Shown here: one piece after another, positions 58,401 through 64,000 of the stretch
Layout of the letters: each line of letters starts with the position of its first letter
How positions within the stretch are numbered: the stretch's first letter is position 1
Source: Klebsormidium nitens
Taxonomy: Eukaryota > Plantae > Klebsormidiophyceae
Direction of reading: 5' to 3'
Length of the DNA stretch: 64,000 bases
NCBI GenBank assembly: GCA_000708835.1
Contig: DF237312.1
Location: 34,680 to 98,679, forward strand
Program-made: the position numbers and the translations under genes
Notes under the pieces: model-generated
Databases searched by the model: none
Seen by the model: only the letters and a program-made list of their open reading frames with translations
Told to the model about the DNA's origin: nothing

Positions 58401-61351
58401 TCCAGAAAGGTGTTCACAATGCAAGTATGCTACAGCGGATTTTGGTTGGAAACAAGCAGTCAAGGGCGCCCTTTGGGAAGGCATGTCCGCATGTCGGATG
58501 CCTAGTGAAATCTGCATCAAGTCATTGTCTTGACAATGGGCCAAGGTGTTCAGGGAGTTCACTTCAAGCTCAGCTCATTGCACATGCAGCCGAAATACTG
58601 AGAGAACTAAGAGGGGTAAATCTTTATCACCATCTTCAAGGGGCCGCCGCCGACTGTTGAGAGTGGCAATGACAACTTGAACTACAAAAGCAGATGAATT
58701 ATTGTCCAACTCGGTACAACCCAGGTGATTCATCTTCGACCTTCGACCTGGATTGAAAGCACAATCACGAATTTCCCGCCGTTTTCAAAACACGTTGACC
58801 TCTGGAACTGACCCTTCCGAAGACCTCCCGGACGACCCTTGTCAAACAGGCTTACCGACTTTGCCAGTATACTCTTCGGTGCAGCAGCCTTTGTTCAACG
58901 GGCAATCACTGGTCGACCTGCACCTCCTCACAGGGGGTGGAGGTGGGGCCCGAAGCGGCGGGGGGGGATTGGGCGCGGGGAGAACCAAGGGTGGAGGATT
59001 CGCTTGGGGCATTGGTGGGGGGTTTTGAGTTGAGACTGGAGGGGGTGGCACGGCGCTCTGAGGTGGCGGGGGACGAATGGGAGGAGGCGGGATTTTCTTG
59101 GGGGGCGGAGGTGGGGAAAGCACGGCTTTGGGAGGGGGAGGGGCACCGCTTGGAGGAGGGTTGAGTGGCGGCGGCGGAATTTTGCTTTGAGGAGGCGGGT
59201 TTGCTTTGGGAGGTGGAGGTTGTGAAACCACGACTTTTGGAGGGGGAGGGGCGCCGCGGGGGGCGGGTTAACTGGAGGGGGCGANNNNNNNNNNNNNNNN
59301 NNNNAGAGGGGGGGGGTTCAGCGGTGGGGGAGGGCTTTTCGTTTGAGGAGGCGGGTTTGCTTTAAGTGGGGGAGGTGCGCCACGTGGGGGAGGATTTACC
59401 GCTGGGGGCGAATTTCTGGTTTGAGGAGGCGGATTTGCTTTGGGGGGTGGAGGTTGTGTCAATGCTGTTTTTGGAGGGGGAAGGGCCCGGCTAGGAGGAG
59501 GGTTGAGCGCCGGGGGCGGGCTTTTGATTTGTGGAGGCGGGGATGAGGAAGCCACGGGACTTTGAGGCGGGGCACCCGTGGGCGGTGGATTCTTGAGTGG
59601 CGGACTACCTTGAGTTGGGGGAGGTTGAGAGAGCGCAACTTTTGGAGGTGGGGAACCGCTCAGAGGGGGAGGATTGCGAGGAGGTGGCGGGTTCTTAAAT
59701 GAGGTTGGGGGAGGGGAAGAAGGCACGGGGCTCTGAGGGGGGGGCACTTTGGGAGGAGAAGATTGGAGGATAGATGGAGGCGGATTGCTTTGAAGGATGG
59801 AAGATATTGCAGGTGGGGGAGGGCTCTTAGACGCGGTTGGGGGAGGGGAAGAAGGCACGGGGCTCTGAGGGGGGGGCACTTTGGGCAGGGGAGATTGGAG
59901 GACAGTAGGAGGCGGATTAGCTCTAAGGGGAGGAGGATTGCCAAGTGGCGGAGGGCTCTTGGACGCGGTTGGAGAAGGGGAAGACGGCACGGGACTTTGA
60001 GGGGGGGGCACTTTGGGCGAGGGAGATTGGAGAAGTGGTGGCGGGTTGGCTTTAAGTGGTGGAGGTTGAGAGAGCGTGAGGGTGGGAGGGGGAGAGGACG
60101 AAGCAGGTCGAGGGGGGGGGATGGAGCTTGTTGTTTTTGGTGGTGGGTTGGCATTAGGGGGCGGAGATGAGGCAAGACCGAGGTTTGAAGGAGGGGGGCT
60201 ATTTGAGGGGAGAAAATTCGAAGGAGGGCTGTTGGTTTGAGAAGGGGGGGTGGGCAGATTGGCAGGTGGGGATAGGGGCACAGCCCTGGGCGGTGGGTTA
60301 CTTTGCAAAGGGGGGGAGCCGCTGGCGCTAGTAGAAAGGGAAGTGGCGCTGGTGCTAGTAGAAAGGAGAGTGGCGCTCTCAGTAGGAAGGGGAAGGGGAA
60401 TGCTGGGTAAGGGAGGAGAAGGAGAGGGACTGGATGGTGAAGGAGTTGGAGATGGGGGAGGGTTAGGCTGGGCAGATTGGAGCACAGGAGGCGGGGAGTT
60501 GGCTTGAAGAGCAGGAGGTGGGGTTTGCTCGCTTTTAGGTGGCGGGGACCTGCTTGAGGCTGTGCTCGCGGGGGGTGTCGGCTGGGGTGTTGTAGGCAGG
60601 GGTGTTGTAGGCAGGGGTGTTGTGGGCACGTTTGTAGGGGGAGGCTGCGAAGGGGAGGGAAGGCTGGTCCCCGGGGGGGGGGGATTTACGGGGAGGGTAG
60701 TCGGCTGGGGTGTTGTAGGCTGGGGTGTTGTAGGCCCATCTGTTGGGGGGGGCTGCAAAGGGGAGGGAAGGCTGGTTCCCTGGGGAGAGGGAATCACGGG
60801 GAGGGTAGTCGGCGAAGGCAATGTTGGTGGGCTTCCTGCAAAGTGGATCCAGAAAATGTTTTGGTGCACTATCAATTAGAAGGTTTTGCTGGGGGGTTTA
60901 ACGAATCTCTTCGAATAGAAACATGTGCTATCCAGTAGTGAGACTGCACCACTCAACCGGACTTGAAACTGCCCGTCAGGACTGCTCATTGGTTACACTT
61001 GACCGTTCGGGTTGGTAACACTAGTCAGGGTGTGAAAATTGAAAAACCATTATTTGTTTGCAGCAAGTTCTCTTGACGGCACTCTTAAGTCAGCCTAACC
61101 ACAAGTCATCAATCACAAGGTACTGAAAAGGGGCCTGTTCATCGAGATTGTTTGAGAGCTTGAGCTGCGCCGCATTCAGACCAGAAAGGTTTTAGATTTG
61201 AAGCCATATTATAATGAACAGCACCAGGCTCCCAAGATCTAGTATAGGATTCTTCACCTGTGGGTGGTCCTTGAGCTGCAGCAAGGTTCCGCGAGGCAGC
61301 CAGGATGTGTGCTCCTAGCACCAAGCAGAGCCACACCGAAATGGGAGCCAT
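52429..61351 (-). CDS. Secreted Pro-rich (extensin-like) stalk + Cys-rich repeat protein, paralog 2 (complete, about 1300 aa)
   Basis: Exons: 61351-61258 (signal peptide MAPISVWLCLVLGAHILAASRNLAAAQGPPT), 60835-58856 (Pro-rich, contains a 20-N gap, ends PPPPVRRCRSTSDCPLNKGCCTEEYTGKV|G), 58206-58000, 57578-57372 (GC donor), 56723-56499, 55784-55578, 55109-54882, 54533-54327, 53799-53587, 53166-52960, terminal 52562-52429 (ends TCCNDGMCKAAC*). All introns are phase 1. No TM or GPI-like tail. Confidence 0.88.
53587..57578 (-). repeat. Three tandem two-exon (F-A) units in paralog 2
   Basis: F-type exons (CCPNGLCA..N..CTC..SG.CP.GYCCTEE.SG.T) alternate with A-type exons (G.CTNAPINSSGKQVCP...EYE). 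The introns following the A exons are alignable. Confidence 0.85.
58856..60835 (-). repeat. Low-complexity Pro-rich coding repeats (PTTP[QL], SPVPSSPPP, PPPKANPPP, LNPPP)
   Basis: Seen directly in ORFs 59268-60875 and 58842-59231. Confidence 0.9.
59285..59304. other. Assembly gap (20 N) inside the Pro-rich exon
   Basis: Run of N. Confidence 0.99.
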
Positions 61352-64000
61352 TGCGAATAAGCCTATGATCACAAGGAGCAACAGTTCTGTAAGATTCTGT
61401 TTTTCAAAACCTCCAAGAAATGGACGTTACAGTTTGGATTGGCAACGAAAAGCAGGTCAACCAGGCACAGCCCTTGTCTGCTTATTGATACTTTCTGCTC
61501 AGGCAACATTACCAGAGGTGCTGTGCTTTCCGTCTTGAACGGATCTGAAAGACCGCCTGATATTTTCGTGCAAGCCGTGAAACATAGGCAACTAGTGGTA
61601 AAGGCAATACTGAAATGTAGGCATTCAAGTGGAATACAAATGGACCAGCTTTACTTCTGAAGTATCTAAGCGGAAGACCTTTAATGCAAAAGGCACAACT
61701 CTCTTAAATTGGGTTAGTCAATCTGCCGCCAGAACAAAACCTTCTCAAGCCAGTACTCCCCCTTCTCCCAAGTTTTTGATTGCAATGCAATGTCAAGATG
61801 AGGTTTCAGCATATCTGCTAGATTGTTTGAGACAGTTGGCACCAGACCAGTAGGCCTTATACAAATTGTACAAGCAGTGTGATTTGATCCCTTTGTGTCT
61901 TATCAACAAGATTGAAATCTTTCAACCTCAGCTTTTCAGTGTCAGTTGATGGGCAACTCTGCTAAACAGACTGCCATGAGCAGAAAACCATGGCCAGGTG
62001 TCACCTGTCAAACACAGCTCACCAGTTCAAGTTGGGTTGGAAGGCTTGAGCTGCTACGCCCCAGCTTCTACTGCTGGTGACTGAGGAACCCCCTGGGGAG
62101 TGAACAGCTCGAGTCTAGACGCACTCAGAATCTTGGCACCTGCAGACATGCGGCGCTGGTCAGTACTTTGATTGGCGCCCTCGTGAACATAAAGCCACAG
62201 TGCCTGCACAAGACCTGGGGAAAATGGAGAACCATTGTCGGAGCTTCTTAGGTGAGTTACCACAGGAGAAGAAACTGAACTTGAACAACTGGTCAGCAAT
62301 GTATCACTATCTGATCCTATTTGTGGCACTAAAGATAAATATCATTGTTTGGCAGAGTGGTGCTGGGTGCTATGCCATACTGAGGCTCGAGTTTTGTCTA
62401 CTGAAAAAGCGCTCAGGCCTCGCCTCGACTAGCAATTCTTTAGATGGTCCTTCAGATGTAATAGGTGGAGGTTTGAGTATACAACGGGTGTAGAACTGCC
62501 AAATGGAGTTCACGCCCCCGACGGAGGATTTGAGGTAAGAGACCCGTTCACAATCTTGAACCCATGTTGCTCATCCAATGGCATTGCGCACCTCCCATAA
62601 ATTATGAGAAGACACTGGCAACAGATCTGCCCACCGGGGTCGCAATAGAACGCCTAGAACCCCTTTGCCATAGCTAGCTGAAACGTCTAGATGCGCGCTT
62701 TGTACTAATTAGCGAACGGACCTCAGAAAGAAATTGGTCTTACCTTTCCAACCGTCAACCCGTCGCATCAGCTCAGCAATCAGTGGGTGCCCGCTTTCTC
62801 TCTTCAGGCCCCTTCGATAGATTCTGAACTCCAGGTTGATTTTTTGTCAATCCACTCGCTCAAACCACCTGCTCAGTAGCTAACGCAATGTCTCAAGCAG
62901 GTCAACAAGACACCCGCTTCCCAATGGCAAGCTTTCCAGCATCCCCATTCGGTGCCTTTCAACGCGCACACAGATGGGAAAACGCCGCCGACGCGCAATG
63001 CTAATCTCAACATGTGAACATGAGCAGCAGAGGTGGTATTCGTTACGAGAAAATTCTCTCTGCTGCTTAGTGCCCTCTCCCTATAACAGGTCTACAAGGG
63101 TTTGCTGTGCCCAGTTAAAAGCATGGGACCGATCCGATGCGCGCTTGTCCCTGCCAGTGGCTTGGGCCGGCAGACAGAACCACAGATTCGCTTGCCGATG
63201 AACAAACAGACTTGTCAGCAGCCCCGCATTTTACCCAGACTCTAGTAGCCTAGAGCTGCATGATCCGAGGAGGAACTTTGCCGAGCGGGCGGTGTACGGT
63301 CGCTTCGTTTCGCCCTTTGATGCCGTAATTTCAATTTCTGACAAGATGCTCCTGGCTCTGGAGGGCTGCAGCTCGGAACCCCTTCATCTACCGTGACAGT
63401 ACTAACTATCTACAGTACTTACTCTGGAGTCTGATCTACTGACGACGGCACACAATCGACGTGACCGCGGGACCCGCTCGACCCTGTCGGAAGCTATGAG
63501 CTTACGCGAGTGCTGACGCAGTATGTCGGCCGGAGATGTCGTGACTCGTATAATCCTGGCAATGCCAGATTCTGGACACTGGCAGCCAAAGTACCGTGAG
63601 ACGAGCGCGTGCCACGTGGCCGGCTCAAAACGTGTTTGCCAGCGACCTCTAAGCAGGCGACGTCCGTACTCCGGTGCTGACATCTGATCTGATCTGCAGT
63701 CAGATTTGCTGTACATCGATCAGTGCTCGCTAGTAGCTACTCAGTCTCTGCCAATCACAGTGACTGCTGCGCTAGTGCTGGGCATTCAAGCAAGGCTTCC
63801 GGTCGTCAAAGTTGGCCGTCCGGCGCCGGATCCGAGAATTAGGTAGTCGGCGCCGCGACCGTACAACGTACTTTTACTGCGGCACTACACTGAAGAGGAC
63901 TGTCGTCCGGTTTTGACGGGCAATTTGTGTGAGCGACCCCCACGTGGCAAGCGCCGGAGGGTCGGCGGGCGCCGACCGTCCGGAGAGTTTGTGTGACTCA

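Noticed and set aside
57344-58417. 357-aa minus-strand ORF
   Set aside because: Chance read-through of an intron. Only 58206-58000 is in the Cys-module frame, and the next exon is read out of frame.
59255-59270. Apparent -1 frameshift in the Pro-rich exon of paralog 2
   Set aside because: One base is missing in a G/C homopolymer about 20 nt from an N gap, and sister repeats (NPPPRGA) show the expected length. Most likely a contig-edge error.
62740-63060. Interrupted protein-like frame on the minus strand (KINLEFRIYRRGLKRESGHPLIAELMRRVDGWK)
   Set aside because: Two in-frame stops and no recognisable family, so it cannot be supported without a homology search.
1-64000. CRISPR array, rRNA, tRNA, intact transposase or reverse transcriptase
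   Set aside because: None seen. The periodic repeats are eukaryotic exon/intron duplications, not repeat-spacer arrays.

Overview
Eukaryotic, intron-rich, moderately GC-rich DNA. The plant-type TIM13/EMC7/MOS2/BOP1 proteins and CTGAC-type branch points suggest a streptophyte alga such as Klebsormidium (inference). The middle of the window holds two head-to-head housekeeping pairs: EMC7(-)/TIM13(+) and MOS2(-)/BOP1(+). EMC7 contains a U12-type intron, and BOP1 introns carry degenerate copies of their own 3' splice sites. Two single-domain fasciclin (FAS1) genes follow. The two ends of the window hold convergent paralogs of a gene family I cannot assign to a named family. The protein has a signal peptide, a long extensin-like Pro-rich stalk, and an array of 204-237-nt exons that are all phase 1-1 and each encode 12 Cys. 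The right paralog (-, 52429-61351) is complete and looks intact. The left paralog (+, <1-12213) has expanded by tandem duplication to 16 Cys-rich exons. These include chimeric exons and four copies of one exon class, each damaged in a different way, so a full-length protein requires exon skipping. The first and last exons supply complementary parts of the Cys pattern (4 + 8 = 12), so each protein repeat is probably assembled across a splice junction that lies in a variable loop. This is the candidate novel system: a modular, splice-recombinable cell-wall/surface protein family. All splicing claims come from sequence only and need transcript data.
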